The position numbers were made by a program, and so were the translations under genes. Positions 1-13,515 of a DNA stretch of 64,000 nt are shown in pieces. How positions within the stretch are numbered: the first letter of the stretch is position 1; each line of letters opens with the position of its first letter. This stretch comes from Eledone cirrhosa (Eukaryota): contig OZ024751.1 of the NCBI GenBank assembly GCA_964016885.1, forward strand, positions 23,064,001 through 23,128,000. The letters run 5' to 3'. The notes below the pieces were generated by a model that saw nothing but the letters and a program-made list of their open reading frames with translations, ran no database searches and was not told where the DNA came from.

Positions 1-204
1 TTAGATACTTCCTCTAGTTTGTCATATCTTACTAGCTCTATACGGACGTTTAAATTGATTGATTAAATAAATAAATGGCATGAAATATTAGTAATCATCA
101 TCATCATCATCACCATCATCATCATCACCACCACCACCACCACTATCATCAACATCATCATTATCATATCATCAACATCCTCATTCCCTTCATCATCACC
201 ACCA

Positions 205-812
205 CTGTCAAATCCCTCCAACTACCATTGAGACATTTGTGGTTTCTCTTTCCAGATATCATACCTTCCAGACATTGACTTCTGTCCATGATTGACACTG
301 GGAATATTTTTAGTGTCTGGTCTCTCCATCTACCATTGGGGTGTCCTTGCTTTCTCTTTCCAGATATCATACCTTCCAGACATTGACTTCTGTCCATGAT
401 TGACACTGAGAATATTTTTAGTGTCTGGTCTCTCCATCTACCATTGGGGTGTCCTTGCTTTCTCTTTCCAGGTATCATACCTTCCAGACATTGACTTCTG
501 TCCATGATTGACACTGAGAATATTTTTAGTGTCTGGTCTCTCCATCTACCATTGGGGTGTCCTTGCTTTCTCTTTCCAGGTATCATACCTTCCAGACATT
601 GACTTCTGTCCATGATTGACACTGAGAATATTTTTAGTGTCTGGTCTCTCCATCTACCATTGGGGTGTCCTTGCTTTCTCTTTCCAGGTATCATACCTTC
701 AGACAATCAACTCTGTGCTTAATTGTCTTTGAGACTATTTTAGTATCTGGTCTCTCCATCAACCATTTGGACAACCTTGGTTTCTCTTTCCAGATATCAT
801 ACCTCAGACATG
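205..812 (-). repeat. 111-bp tandem repeat (~5.5 copies) derived from the 3' end of an RTE-clade LINE ORF
   Basis: 37-aa period LEGMIPGKRKQGHPNGRWRD...MDR resembles the RTE/BovB C-terminal G.R.RGR...RW.D motif; (TGA)n tail at 95-200. Confidence 0.75.
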
Positions 813-1563
813 ACTCATGAACTGAGACATTGTTTGTGAACTAATTTGTTTGTTTGAGAGGTGTTCATGACTCAAGGTTCCACTATATCATAGAATATAG
901 TTTATATAAGTTTAACTTATGTTGATACCACAGAACATCCAGTCCACACTAAAGTGGTTGTGTAGGTGTCATAACAAAAAGCACCTAGTCCACACTGTAA
1001 AGTGGTCATATAGGTAGGAGACACAGTAAAAAGGCTCCCAGTCCACACTGTAAAATGTGGTTGGAGTTAGGAAGAGCATCCAGCCGTAGAAAACCTGCCA
1101 GATACAGTCCTATTCAAGCAAGACACGGTCTCCCGATCAATCTTGCCTCAAGTGGGACAATTCTCATATAATCCATGCTAGCAGGGAAGATAGATGTTAA
1201 ACGATGATGATGATGATGATATTTTATGTAAAATTCTCTGTTAAATTATATTTCAAATACTACTAAATTAACAATGAGAAAATTAGTTATATTACCAAAT
1301 TCCTTCAAATTGTTAATTATTTAAAAAATGATTTGAAAATAATTAACAGTATCTTTTATTAGAAATATGGTAACAAAAACCGCCCAACATAATTTTATGT
1401 AAGATACGTGTAACTTTTATTTCTAGGATATAATTACATAAAAATAGTTGAGCAGTATCTAATAAAAACAAAGCACTATTAAAGGGAACAAAAAAAAAAA
1501 AGGAAATAGAAAGAAGAAAATGAAAAAAAAGGATCAAGTAACAAAAAAAGGGAGAAGGGGTGG

Positions 1564-1696
1564 GGCAGTCACTATACTCTAGTCTGAGCGGTACCTCAGC
1601 CTCACCCCGCGGACAAAATGGCAAAGACGCCACCGCGGAGAATGGCCTGAGTTAGCCGCTGCCACGGTCACTCTACCTCAGGGGTCTGCCGTTTTT
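1564..1696. ncRNA. Candidate structured small RNA, class unknown
   Basis: Isolated GC-rich island with nested complementary segments GGCAG/CTGCC, AGCGG/CCGCT, CTCAG/CTGAG, CCGCGG/CCGCGG and TGGC/GCCA; T5 follows the 3' stem. Confidence 0.4.
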
Positions 1697-1904
1697 CCGA
1701 TTTTTCAAACACTAACTTGATAATGAAAAATATTAGTTATATTAATAAATACCTCCAAATTGTTGTTTACTTTTAAAAGAATTTGAAAATAACAGAAATA
1801 CGGTAACGAACGGGTTAAGGAAAGTTTGTAATTTTTTTGTTTTTTAGTTTTCTCTGAGATTAGAGAAAAACCCTACTAGAAGAGGAGGTGTTTGTAGGGG
1901 TGGA

Positions 1905-2043
1905 TGATCTGACGTCACGAGTGACGTCACGGTCGTGTGTTGAATCTCTAGAGGAGGTCGCCATCTTTCTTTTAGAAGTCTTTGCAAACCAAAGAGAGGA
2001 ATTTTTCTGCCGTCCTCTAAAACGTTTCAAAAAGTGAAGAGAG
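1905..2043 (+). promoter_or_regulatory. Probable ZC3H4/6 core promoter and non-coding first exon
   Basis: Two perfect CRE palindromes TGACGTCA (1910-1917, 1922-1929), a YY1-type GCCATCTT (1960-1967), a CpG-rich patch and a candidate donor GAG|gtagat at 2043/2044. Assignment to ZC3H4 is inferred from position. Confidence 0.6.
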
Positions 2044-3425
2044 GTAGATAATATAACTATAACAAAAAAAAAAGTAAAAAATAATGGAGAGAGATTAGAG
2101 ATAGTGATAGGAATCTAAAGAGAGAGAGAAAAAAAGGGTTTGGAGAGAGAGAGAGAAAAAAGAGGGAATAATGGACGCTTAAATAGAGGTCGGAATGTGT
2201 GTGTCGCACAAATAATCTTGTCTTTTCCTCTATATTCCACTCAAAAAAACATACAAGTACAACAACAAATTTTTTCTTTCATTTCTCTAATTACTATTCA
2301 TCTATTTATACACTCGTGTATTTTTTTTTTAACAAAAAGAAAAGGAAAAGAAACTCCCCAAGTGATTCTTTTTTTTTTTGACATGTGTGCTTGATTAGGT
2401 ATAGTACACTACACATATATGTGTATATAAATATATATATATACTTATATGTAAATATATATAAAGCAGTATGATGGTCAGTTGATCTCTTTATGAGACG
2501 ACGAGAGGCATAAATACTCTTAAAGAAGTCAAGTCGAAAATCCTTTATCGAAAATATGATCGTTTTAAATACAGCATACATGATATAATTTGTTTTACTG
2601 CTTCCCCCTCTTATTCTGTCTATATATATTTATGTATATTTATTTATATATATTATATATATATTCGGCAAAATATTAATTAATATATCCATATACAAAT
2701 CGTAAAAAGAACCCCAACAAACAAATTTTGAAATAATTTCTAAATTTCCTTTTAAATTTTCTTCTTTCCATTCCATACATTTTATTTTCCTCGCCATCAT
2801 TAATATATTTTTTTATTTAAACATTATATTACTACACACACTTACACTCTTATAAATGCACTGGATCATTTCTATTTACTTAGATTCTTCTTCCTAATTT
2901 CTACACATTTCATTCACTTACAAACTTGCACGATTAAGTTAATGATAATTTTACTTTGTAAAAAAAAAAAAAATTATTCCTTTCAGGTATTATTGTAAAA
3001 AAGCAGTTTATAGTTGAGCAATAATAATCGTATGAATTTGTGTGTGTTAATTGTTGTGTTAATGTCTCTACCTCATAACTATTATCTCTAACCAACAGTG
3101 AATCAATCTATCTATTTATAATAATTATTTATCTTCCCATCTATCTATCTATCTAATCATCAGGTTAGCTTTATTCATATATCTATCTGCCTATCTAATC
3201 ATCAGGTAGCTTTATTCATATATCTATCTATCTATCTATCTGCCTGTACATCTGTGTTTATCTCTCTTTATATATATATTTATTAAATATATATATATAT
3301 ATTCTTTCTTCCGATGAAGGACCAGCGTCCGAAACGTTAAGACCCTCTTCCTGCTATATCAAGCGTTAACCTAATATACCTTCCATATACTGTACCGATT
3401 GTGTTGTTATTTCTGTTTACCTTTT

Positions 3426-3460
<35 letters not shown>

Positions 3461-5929
3461 CTTATTTACCAACCCTATTAACTTTTTAATTTAATGCTTT
3501 TGCTTAAATTAATGCCTGACAGAACAAAGGGAATATAGAAGCAGTAAATACAAATATAACTACGGATACACACATACACATATATATATTATATATATAA
3601 CCTCATACATATATTTATTTACACATACTTTAACCACACACACATACTATAACCTCACACACATTTATTTACACATACTACCAAAACCACACATATATAT
3701 ATTTACTTACACATACTACCATAACTACACACACACACATACATATTTACACATACTACCATAACCACACATATACGTATATTTATTTACACATACTACC
3801 ATAACTACACACACACACACCCATTTATTTACACATACTACCATAACTACACACACACACATATATATTTACACATACTACCATAACCACACAATCACTC
3901 CCCCCGCGATACTGGAAACATCGATGGTCAAAAGTGAAAGACTATATTTATTATCCATACTAACAATCCGTTAGTAAATTATATTTTTAGTCAAATCAAG
4001 AAAAAAAAACAAATGAAAGAAAAACAAACTTTTCATCACCACTTGGAATAAAAAAAATCCCTTCCTAGAAGTGAAAAAGACTTAAAAAGGAAAGACAAAA
4101 TTATAACAAATATCACCATCGACTTTTAAAACATTCAGAAGACAGAAAAGGACCCGATATTTCTCCCTTAAAACCATTTTTCTTGTTACTTAAAAAAAAA
4201 AAGTAATACTCTCTCAAATATCTCTCTCTTCACTTAACACAAAACTTATTTATATATCTATATATACCTTACTAATTCTAGTATAGTCAACACTTAGCCA
4301 TTATATATATACTACTACTACTATCATCAAGGATATTGTAATTTTACAGATGAAGGTAATTCTGGCTTTAACATAAATTATGTTAATGAAGGTAGAACAA
4401 AGTCTATAAATTTTTTTTTCAAAAACCCCACCTTAATAATAATCTATTTGTAAAATCCCATTGTTAAATAATTCTACGTTACAATAATTATCCGAAATAT
4501 CGGCGGCATTTATGAAAAAATCGATCTCATTGTGATTGATTAATTAACTAGATGCTGGCTGGCACATCTATATCGTATCGATATATATACACCAAATACC
4601 GATCAAACTTGTTGCAAACTAGGCAACTTTTTTTCCCTTCGTATAACTGTCAATTTAAAGACACATATCCATGTATATTATATATACAGCGTGCCCTCCA
4701 AAATATATACACATTTATCAGAATGCTGTTGAAGTGTGTATACATTTTTTGGGGACATATGTATGTGTATATATATATATATATAGATATATATATGTGT
4801 GTGTGTGTGTGGCCAGAGAATCAGAGCAAACTTATCTCCGTCCGTCCTTTGAAACGTCAAGTAATTTATAAAAGGACAGCAGGCTTAGTGTGGCATTCGT
4901 TGAGCCAAGGAACTAAAGCTGCGATGACGTAATAGTGCTTATAATTATTCTAATAATGCTTTCTAATTTAGGCACATGCCTAGCAATTTTGGCCTGACCT
5001 GAGTGGGTGGATAGGTGTTGAGGATGAGGAAGACAATGTCGATTAAATCGATCCTAGTAATTAACTGGTATTTTATTATATCGATCACTTCCCCTCCCCC
5101 TCGCTACCACCACCGGTCGGACGAAGGTAAATAAGCGTAATTAATTGTAAAAGCATTTTGTCCGACGATCTAACGATTCTGCCAATCTACCGCTCAAATA
5201 ACAACGATAATAACAATATTATTATTATTCAAAGTTCCATTGGGACACTTGAGACATGCTGGCCAAATACGAAAGGCTGGTTGTATAATTTTACTCATGA
5301 CGAACTTCCACCTTTGTATATTGTACAGGTGTTAGTAAGGGATTTGGGGCGGTGGTGCAGCTTTCAACGTTTTATTCTTTATATATATATATTATTATTA
5401 AAAGATCGGAGGCCATAATCAGTTGAATATATATATACAGATTTTTATTCATTGAAACGAAAATTTATACTAATTGGATGCACTATATAGAGGTGCTGCA
5501 CATATCTAATTTCGTAAAAATCTTCCACCTTATTTATTAAAACCTTTAAAGGAGATGTTAATATGGAATTCCCCCGTCAGACAAGCAATTTTTTTTTTTC
5601 AAATACAATAATTCATACATTTAATTTTCAGTACTAATTATATTTTTTTCTTTTTCATAAATTAAATATAACGTAGATTATTTATTATATTATATTTTTG
5701 TATATTTTAACTATTATTTTCTCTTATCAGGCAAAGACTTATTGGAAAGTGATGTACAACTTAACTCCATCCATATTTAGCTCCCTTTCAGCCCACATTA
5801 TCTTCTCACATTCCCTCCCTTTCACTAACTTTCTTCCGATTTGTTTTTAGTTTCGTTTCGTTTGTTTCGTCAAATTGACAAAAATATCGTTTCGGTTATT
5901 CATTGATTCCACATTTTGCCTACACCCCA

Positions 5930-6065
5930 TTGTGCGTGCGTGTCTGTTAGGAAGTGTGTGTATGTGTCTGTATGTATGTATGTGTGCGTGCGTTAGCTGA
6001 CACGTGACCTAGTTCTAACGTCCATCACTTGAAGACCACTGCTTTTGTCGTCGACGTCATTAGAG
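5930..6065. promoter_or_regulatory. Second CpG-containing regulatory patch (E-box and CRE-like site)
   Basis: CACGTG at 6001-6006, CGACGTCA near 6053-6060, TGCGTG motifs. Confidence 0.35.
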
Positions 6066-8167
6066 CGAGTTTGTGGACATTTCTCTGTTAAAAATACTCC
6101 ATCCAAGTGGACTCAACTGTAAAATAATAGGATATATTGCTTTACCACACTTCTCTGAGTAGTTGTGGTGAATACAAACAAGGTTTCTATCCTCAACCGA
6201 GAAGAAAAAGGAGCTGAATTTTTTTACATCCTTTTCTATTCACTGTTAGTGTGTCTCCTTTTCTCAGTTTCTTAACTATTTTTTTTTTTAAATATATTAT
6301 ATACACATATATGATATATAGAATATATATTCATGTATATATATATATCCATATATCTATATTAATATATATATAATCTCCAATCCTTGTCTTCCGCCCA
6401 TCTTTTTACCTGGTATATCATATACACATTCCCCTCCCAATCTGCTGTACATAACGTACAGCAGATTCTCACCCAAGGGTCATACATAATTCTTTAAAGA
6501 AAATATATCCATTTTTTTCCAACCCAATCGTCGCATCGTTCTGTGTGAACAGATCTTTTATTTCTTCAGGCCTTCCTTGTTCTCCTCTTAAGTCTTTTTT
6601 AGACTTAGAAATATGAGGAAATCCCTCCTTAAATCAACCATCAACCACTACTACGTACCACTTCCATCGTATTTAAAAAAATCATTCTGCTCGGTTTGGT
6701 TGCTCACCTCCCTGGCATTATTATTATCATAAAATAACTAGTATAAATCATTTACATAAGACAATCCCTAAGAATTTTAAATTAAACTGAAAACTATCAG
6801 ATTAAATATCCCCCCCCCCCTCCAAAAAACCCCCAGACAAACTAACACAACAGAAAAAGACAATGTCCCCCCCAAACAGGTAGAACACATTTTTTTTCTT
6901 TATATTTTAATATAGAAACTCATGTATAGAGTGTATACATATGGATATATGTATATATTTCAACCATAAAATTACATCTCTATTTCTAAAAATATATATA
7001 TATATATATATATAAACACCACACAAAATCCTTCGATCGTTTCGGAATAAAAGGGGATTATTATTATTTATATTTTTTTTAGAGGCAATCAGACGGTAAG
7101 TAATCGGAATTCTCCCACTGCACTGAAATTTCGAAAAACAGTGTGAAAAAAATTATTTTTAAAAGCATAATGGCGACTGTTGACTAAATGAGGTCAGATT
7201 TGTCGCCTCCACTGAAAATATTACTACTAGTACTGCTACTAATAGTAGTAATTGTAGTAAGTTTGTTTGTAGCAACTTGGCTACTTACGAACGGAAAAAT
7301 CTTTGATCGTTAATCACTAATGTAGTAGAAACGATACTAGGGTGTATGTACAAAAGGCCCTTAGTGCTCGGAGGCATTTATTTTTCTAAAAAAAAAGATG
7401 TGTATATATATATATATGTGTATATATATATATGGTAACTTTGAGGTTACAAAAGAAGCGACCATTTTTTTTTCTTTTACTCCAATATTGCGCAGTAAGT
7501 TATAACAAAACAATTGTGGTGGTGGAAAAAGTAGTAGTTGTAGTTGTAGAAGTGATGGGAGGCTACGTAGTGTTGATTAAGACTAACCCCCAACCCTCCT
7601 CCTCCTCTCCTGTCTGTCTGTCTCTACCCACCCATCGATGATGGCTGGCATCAGGTCAGTTCTATGACATGAACCAACAACAAACAATTATATTATATAT
7701 ATATATATATTTATTTATATATATATATACACATACCATGGAAGTTTATATATACGGTTAGTTAGTGATGACCAGCTAGCTTAGCTAGTTGCATTTGGTG
7801 TGGCTGTGATTGTTTTTTTTTTTTTTTTTTTTTTCTTCTTCTTTCGTCCACTCCTCCCTCCCTCCCCCCCTCATACATCGTTTGATTTAAGACTGGAGGA
7901 TGGGACTAAAGTTAGTTGAGACACTGTGTGAGTGAGAGAATGTATATACGTGTTTGTGAGAAGTGTCATGTTTGATTTTATATATATATTTTTTTATTTA
8001 GATTAGTTGACCTGGGAAAAATTAACTTCATCGCCCTTGTAATGTGTTGTATTGTCTGTCCTAGGTTTTTATTATCGTTACTGTAACTTTATACGCAATA
8101 TGGTGTGCTGGCACTGGCACATATACACACATGTGAGCTAACTCACGTCCTACGACACATATATGTG

Positions 8168-8212
<45 letters not shown>

Positions 8213-9635
8213 ATTAATTAGTTCACTTATCTTTGTTAAAATCACGCAGTTATTCAACTCTGCTTTTCATGTCTGTCTTCGTGATGATGATGATGGTTGT
8301 GATAGTGCTTGTGGTGTAGGTGTGGTGGTATTGGAATCTATGTAATGACTACCAGGGGACATTCAGTCGCCTAGACCCCTTCCTCTATTAAATTGGCTTC
8401 GTGCCCACTCCATCATTTCAAATTGGGTTGTCGCTAAAGAAAAGGACATACCTAATAACATGCATGCAATAACAGTTATTTATTTATTTAGCCTAGGTTG
8501 TAAAAGTTCCGTTTAAAGACTTGAGTTGAGTGTGGGTAAATGAGAAAGCTAAATGATATGTGGAGTGGAGTGTAAGAGTCGCTCGGAACTCGATCATGTA
8601 ACTTTAAAAAAATAATCAATTTCATTAAGAAATATTGTTCAATATGCTTACTTGGTTGTTGGTGTAGTTTTACCGTCTACACCCCAATAGCCCCTGTATT
8701 CCTTGTCCACCCCTCCCCCACGACAGACTGGGGAATATTACAGCCAAGAAAGGTAGCCAGTTAAGAATCCCACCCCCACTGAGGACGTGAATGTTTGCGT
8801 GCAATCGTCATCATCATCATCATCATTATCATCAACTGCTATGAAGGTGTGACGTCGGCCGAAAGTTTTGAAATATGTCCACATTATAAACAACCCCTCC
8901 CTCCCCCACGTCTTTTTACACTTCTATAAACATTTATTTACACACACACACACATACACAGATGCACGTATACACATACATACTTGCATTTATATATCTA
9001 TATCTGTATATATAACGCACACAAATAGATGTATTATATATAAACCATATGAATATACAAATACGCACATTACATTAGATATTAGACAGCACTGTAACGG
9101 GCTATGATTATTATTTTAAGTTTAATTAAAATTTAATAACTAATTTTTTAAAATTCACTCATTAGCACGGAGAATTTTAAGTTCATATAAATATATTTAT
9201 TGGATATTGTCTTTGATTCCTACTTCATCCTATCCTTTTTGTGTCTAACTCCCATCATTGCTATACTATATATATATATATATATACATATATATATTCT
9301 TTCCCTACTGACAATAATCTATGTAATTCTTCGACCACGTATCTGTTGATCTTCTCTTTCTTTTTCTTATATAGAAATTAAATCATTTAATAAGTTTTCA
9401 TAATATATAAATATAGATCTTTCTTTATCGATATCTTTATAGTGTTATAAACAGGTTTCGTCTCACTTTTTCTTTTCCTTATTTTATCATTTTCATTACT
9501 TTTTCCCTTCTTCAAAGCCCCCCCCCCCCTCTTCTTCCTCACTGCATCACTTTTCTTTACATGCTCACTCACACACTTGTTAGGATGTTGTAGATGCAAT
9601 ACTCAGAGTTTTCAGAATTTATATTTTCAAGGTGA

Positions 9636-9670
<35 letters not shown>

Positions 9671-10769
9671 TACTGTTATCCACTCGCTACTCAAACAACA
9701 TGAGCTCGTCCGTCGGGCACTAAATTTTTACTATACATACACTTTTATTTTTCCCAAGTATCGTGTACTTAGCTAAATATGGGTCTAAACTCCCCATCTA
9801 TATATCCAGCCCTCGTTCTATTCAATAGTATACTTATTATTTCAAGTTTTTAAGCTAATCAGTAAACTCGTGACACAAGTTAAGCTTTCAACTTATCCAG
9901 CAGGTGTTCGGAGAAAGTTTTTTAGAGGGTTGGGTGGTGGTGTTCCGCCACATATTCAGCCAGAGGAAAGGGTTAATTAAGAATCAACAACAAAAAACTT
10001 AATTTCCATTAATTTAGTTGCAACCATTCATTCCACTAGCCCTTATAAATTGCTACTACTCCTTTTAAATATTGAAATATTAATTCAAATATGAATCTAA
10101 ATAATTAAAATATTATTTTTGGTGTTACGCACTGTCCTTGGATATGGCACTTAACTTAATTTCCAATTTCGAATAAAAGCGATCTATTCTTTGTCTTTTG
10201 AACTATAATCGAATATTTTTATATTAATCAAAATAGTAATTTAGTTATGGTTGGGGGGGGGGGGAGGTATATATATATATATAATGTTCACCCCTTAAAT
10301 TTATATATTAATGAAAAATAAAAATGTTTGCTTTGAATTTCCAAACCAAAAGTTTAGATTTATTTTATAAATTTAATTCAATTTTATATAGTAATGCCGC
10401 ATTCCTAATTCGATAAATAAAATAATTAAAAAATCCCGGTGGAATGTTTTAGAATTATGATTCTTCGAATAATGATGATAATATATGAATTTAAAGAACA
10501 GAAATGATAATTATCCATTCATTTAGTTGTGTTCTGGGCTCCATTCCTGTAGTTTATAAGGGATGTTTGGTGATGTACAAATAATTGTTTCTACTTTTGG
10601 CACAAAATAATGTTATATAAAAAGTGGAAGGGAAAAACGTAATTTAATTTTCTCTATCTCTTTACGGAACTTTACATTATAAGGAACGGTGTGTTTATGT
10701 GTCAACTGAGAGTAGAAAGGGGGGGGGGTAGCTAATGTTCATATAGGCTTTGTAATACTTGGTAAAAGT

Positions 10770-10806
<37 letters not shown>

Positions 10807-10902
10807 CAGAGAGAGGAAGAATCTGCGGTGCTGAGAGTGGGGTGACCACTAATGAGAGTACTCAATGCATGGAAAGATGCAGAGTGGTCGCCGCGGTTTA
10901 CA

Positions 10903-11018
<116 letters not shown>

Positions 11019-11465
11019 GCAGTGAAACCCATGCTAGTTCCGCCAACATATATATACATATATATACATATATAGCAGTGAAACCCATACTAGTTCCGCC
11101 AACTTATATATATATAGCAGTGAAAACCATGCTATTTCCGCCAACTTATATATATATATGTATATATATATATATAAGCTGAACGCATCAGTATTATTAT
11201 ATAAAATACAGAGGTGGATTGACAGTCATATATAACAAGGGTAGGGATAAGGCCATTAAACAATAGACCAGTTAACTCTTGTAAACCATGCAATAAGGAT
11301 AAGTTTGGGAACATTAAGGAATTCTTTTCTCTCTCTCTTTCTGTCTAGTGTTAGATGTTTATCTTAATATTAATTAGCAAGGTTGGGGAAATATGTCACT
11401 CTCCATCCCACTTTAATTACATCTTCATTTAAATATATTCTATTGTTGTAACTCTTTCTTTAATT

Positions 11466-11532
<67 letters not shown>

Positions 11533-11582
11533 TTGAGAGAAAAACCAATGTCACCATATGGTAGCTTTATTACGAAAATGTG

Positions 11583-11638
<56 letters not shown>

Positions 11639-13043
11639 ACTTTATACCTCCAGAAGAGCAAGGGAAATAACTTCATCCTAGCTGATGATGCTCGTGGTGG
11701 TGGTGAGGAATGGTACTGTGGACATCTGAGCTTTGTAAAATAAAACCTCTTATAGAATGTTTATAGTTGTATATAGATAATAGCATTTATAAAAGAACAA
11801 TATTTTTGTATCATTTAAACTATGTATACACATAAGTTAAAGTTTCAAGTCATTCTCTAGGTTAGAAGCTCACCAGGCCAAGGTTTTTCCTGGATCCAGC
11901 GGGTGTTAAGTGACTCAGAGTAGAAGAGTCAACCTTGGACAGGATGTTAGTCTGTTGCAAGGAATAACATCCCAGCTGTTGCTTATGGTACTCACCCATT
12001 TTCAGCTGAGTGGACTGGAGCAACATGAAATGAAGTGTTTAGCTGAAGGATACAATGTACTGTCTAAACCAGGGGATTGAACCCACAGCTTGGCAATTAT
12101 AAGGCCAATACTCGAAATCACTAAGCTCTGATAATAATTTATAAAAAAATTTGATTCTCATTCATCTTATGCCATCTATATATGTAGCTAAGCTTAGTTC
12201 AGCCATTGACAACCGTTTTCAAGCATTGAGCCACATAGAATGTGGCTCATCATAAGGCAAACTGCACTGCTAAAAAGATTCATGGCAATTTTGAAATTAG
12301 GTATGCCATTCAGAAATCCAAATGTGCTGCAGTTTGCTCATGACTTGCTTAGATAAAAATGTGACCATTATTTGTCCAACCCATGCTAGCAAGATAAACA
12401 GATGTGAATGATGACAATATTTAATCCAAGATTAGTTATAAAAAATATTTGATCTAAAATATTAAATCTATTTGTGACCCTATTTTTAAAAAATAACCAG
12501 GAATGTTGAGGGTGTTAAGCAAAATGAACTAACTTTGGAAATTAACACAACAAAAGGTTCTTATGTAAAATTATGATGGAAAGCTTAGATTTAGATATAA
12601 ACACATTTCAAAATAGTTTTGTATCAGAGAACAAAAGACTGTCTTAATAACGAGATTGTTATGTTAGTTATATTAATGAGTCTCTCCAAATTCATTATTT
12701 TCAAAATCATTTGAAGACCATAAGCTGCGTCTTTCATAAGAAATATGATAATGAAAGGGTTAAAACATTTGTTTTTGCGTGTATGTACACACACACACAT
12801 TATATATATATATTATTATAGAAATGACTTCCTGACTTCTCGAGGACTAGAACCGTTTCATTTATAAGAAAGAATATGAACAAAAGAGTTCTACGCATTT
12901 TTGTTTTATATAGCAGTGTTAATAATGAAATTGATGTGTTGTATAAATATATATATATATGTATATTTATCTTGGTTTTAATGGTTAAATCTCATTTTTG
13001 TTTTGTTTGGCAGTGTTAATATTGGAACTTACTATGTCATGCA

Positions 13044-13515
13044 ATGGATGATTTTATGACCGATGAGGAGCAGGACTGCCATGGAGATGGTGGCAAGCTA
13101 TCTATTCAACTAAACGACGATGATAGTGCTTCAGAACATTCCCTGACCCCACGCCCCACCCCAGCAGCTAAAATGTTGAACACCTTCTCTGAAGATGGTT
13201 TCAAGAAGCAGTCGCCCGACAGCGAACATGATTCTGGAAATAAACCACCATCAATCACAGAATCAACGGAGAGCGATGCCAAAGGAGTTTTACAGAATTC
13301 CAAATCTGTTTTAAATAATGGCCAGTCAAAGACTAGCAGCAGGAGTGATGGAAGTAGTCGCCATCGTCAAAAGGAGGCTCGCAGGAGATCAGGAAAGCGA
13401 AGACACAAAGAAGAGGAACCTGAAGATGGTGAAATTCTTGAAGATGGGGAGATTGCTAGTGATGGAGAGAATGAATTTCGGCGTAGAAGGCAACGAAGAG
13501 ACGAGGATGATAGTG
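13044..13515 (+). CDS. ZC3H4: ZC3H4/6 coding exon 1 (ATG; tandem EDGEI motifs)
   Basis: Acceptor ttggcag ends at 13013; ATG at 13044; donor G|gtgagt; phase 1. Confidence 0.88.

Noticed and set aside
7171-7207. GGCGAC...GTCGCC hairpin as snoRNA or miRNA
   Set aside because: Short imperfect stem with no C/D or H/ACA boxes; overlaps a YY1-like ATAATGGCG and is more likely regulatory DNA or chance.
10842-10892. Hammerhead-like CTAATGA...GAAA closed by GTGACCACT/AGTGGTCGC
   Set aside because: Core has G5-to-A, and stems II and III and a UH site cannot be drawn convincingly.
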